A DNA stretch of 64,000 nt from an uncultured Gemmatimonadales bacterium (GTDB lineage: Bacteria; Gemmatimonadota; Gemmatimonadetes; Gemmatimonadales; GWC2-71-9), in assembly GCA_963730185.1 (NCBI GenBank), contig CAVSQW010000002.1, forward strand, positions 96,001-160,000. Reading direction: 5' to 3'. A model generated the notes under the pieces. The model was not told the origin of the DNA, searched no databases, and was given only the letters and a program-made list of their open reading frames with translations. Both the position numbers and the translations under genes were made by a program. Within the stretch, counting starts at the first letter, position 1. The number at the start of each line of letters is the position of its first letter. Positions 62,591 to 64,000 of this stretch are shown one piece after another.

Positions 62591-63079
62591 ATGATTCGGA
62601 TGACCATCGCCCATCTCGGGCTCGACCGATCCACCCAGTCGCCGGTGGTCGTGCTCCGGGAGGACGGTGGGGAGCGGACCCTGCCGATCTGGATCGGGGC
62701 GCCCGAGGCCAACGCGATCGCGATGGAGCTCAAGGGCGAGAAGCCGGCCCGGCCGATGACCCACGACCTCCTGAAGCAGCTCCTGCTGGGCCTGGGCGGC
62801 CAGCTCAAGCGGGTCACCATCACCCAGTTGCGCGAGAACACCTATCTGGCCGAGCTCCTCGTCCATCGCGGTGAGCAGCTGTTCGAGATCGACGCCCGCC
62901 CCTCCGACAGCATTGCCCTGGCGCTCCGAACCCAGGCCCCGATCTTCGCCAACGAGGAGCTGCTCGATCGGGGGAACTCGTCCGAGCCCTCGGGCGGCTC
63001 GCCCGACGCCGACCCCGACCAGCTGAAGAAGTTCCTCTCCAAGCTCGATCCCCAGGACCTGGGCCGTTTCCAGCCGTGA
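62591..63079 (+). CDS. Bifunctional nuclease family (DUF151)
   Basis: LPIWIG..EA.AI, RPMTHDL, IDARPSDSIALA. Confidence 0.92.
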   Translation: MIRMTIAHLGLDRSTQSPVVVLREDGGERTLPIWIGAPEANAIAMELKGEKPARPMTHDLLKQLLLGLGGQLKRVTITQLRENTYLAELLVHRGEQLFEIDARPSDSIALALRTQAPIFANEELLDRGNSSEPSGGSPDADPDQLKKFLSKLDPQDLGRFQP

Positions 63080-64000
63080 GGCGAGTCGGGCTGCTGGTCG
63101 CCGCGCTCGCGGCGCTGGTCGTGGGTTCCCTGGCCGCGCAGGCGCCGGCGACCCTCTCGGGCGCGGTGCTTCGGGTGGAGTCGGGCGACACGGTACCGGT
63201 TCCCGGGATCCGGGTCGTGCTCCACCAGGTCGGGATCGCCACGCAGGGGCCCCGCGACTCGACCGCAACCGGGTCCCGGGGCGAGTTCCGATTCCGGTTC
63301 CAGCCCGACTCCACCGCCAACTACCTCCTGAGCGCCCGGTTCGCCGGGATCGAGTACTTCTCGGTCCCGCTCAAGCCGAGGCCGGGGCTCGAGGACAGCG
63401 TCACGCTGGTGGTCTTCGACACCTCCTCCACCGCGCCGGTCGGGACGATGAGCCGGACCTTCGTGGTGGGGGCTACCGAGACCGACGGCCGGCGCACGGT
63501 GATCGACTGGCTCGTGCTCGACAACGCCGGGACCGTCACCCGGGTCGGCCCGGACTCGTTGGCCGCGACCTGGGGGGCCGCGCTGCCCCGGGACAGTCGT
63601 AACCCGACCGTTGGCGACCCGCGGTTGACCCAGTTCTCGCCCGACGCGGTGAGCTTCACGGACGACAGCGTCCACGTGACCGCGCCGCTCTCGCCGGGGC
63701 GGAAGGAGCTGGTGCTCCAGTACGAACTTCCCCGGGGGCGGGATCTCGACGTGCCGGTGGCCGGCATCGATTCGGTCGACGTGTATCTGGAGGATCGCTC
63801 GGCCCGGGTGAAGGGGAGCAATTGGGTCCGGGCCGACACCCAGAACTTCCAGGGCCGGATTTTCCAGCGCTACGTCCGCGAAGGCGCGGTGCCGGACCTG
63901 GTGGTCGACTTCCCCGGCCTCGATCTCCCCACCGGTCCCACCCTGGCTGCCCTGGTGGGGCTGGTCCTCGTCGGCTTGGGCGTGGTGACGATGCTCGGTC
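63076..64000 (+). CDS. Exported, membrane-anchored protein with carboxypeptidase-regulatory-like domain (3'-truncated by window edge)
   Basis: GTG overlaps the DUF151 stop; signal peptide VRRVGLLVAALAALVVGSLAAQA, VVLHQVG..G.RDST..G.FRF; TM at the window end. Confidence 0.65.
   Translation, partial: MRRVGLLVAALAALVVGSLAAQAPATLSGAVLRVESGDTVPVPGIRVVLHQVGIATQGPRDSTATGSRGEFRFRFQPDSTANYLLSARFAGIEYFSVPLKPRPGLEDSVTLVVFDTSSTAPVGTMSRTFVVGATETDGRRTVIDWLVLDNAGTVTRVGPDSLAATWGAALPRDSRNPTVGDPRLTQFSPDAVSFTDDSVHVTAPLSPGRKELVLQYELPRGRDLDVPVAGIDSVDVYLEDRSARVKGSNWVRADTQNFQGRIFQRYVREGAVPDLVVDFPGLDLPTGPTLAALVGLVLVGLGVVTMLG

Overview
GC-rich (about 70% by eye) bacterial chromosomal segment, almost all housekeeping genes on the + strand. 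Gene order and protein style suggest Gemmatimonadota (inference, not searched). In order: a partial HExxH peptidase, a DUF3098-like gene, tRNA-Val(TAC), a secreted TPR protein, tRNA-Asp(GTC); a dcw cluster (rsmH-ftsL-ftsI-murE-murF-mraY-murD-ftsW-murG-murC-ftsQ-ftsA-ftsZ) lacking mraZ/murB/ddl and ending in an M23 peptidase; a vWA membrane protein, ftsY, recG; a short accessory stretch (decayed DUF1475/DUF1295/DUF2878 lipid-cluster remnant, orphan small protein, asnS, a CsbD/lmo0937 stress islet with matching divergent ECF-type promoters); an M14 peptidase, mazG; alr-DUF1844-deoB-cdd-lipoprotein-OM barrel-miaB-comFB, then comEC; fbp, methylmalonyl-CoA mutase large subunit, hydrolase, DinB, FmdB, argS, PfkB kinase, purM, an OM barrel; ribD-ribE-ribBA-ribH-nusB, GT4, hpf-hprK, a complete mannose-family PTS, metK, a DUF151 nuclease and a partial exported protein. 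Single-base indels break essential genes (murC, fbp, mcm, ptsH, ptsI) and look like read/assembly errors. I saw no CRISPR, prophage, transposase or defence system, and no clearly new system. The best leads are the salvage/OM-pair/ComFB/ComEC neighbourhood, the ECF-driven CsbD islet and a recurrent leaderless-promoter geometry.
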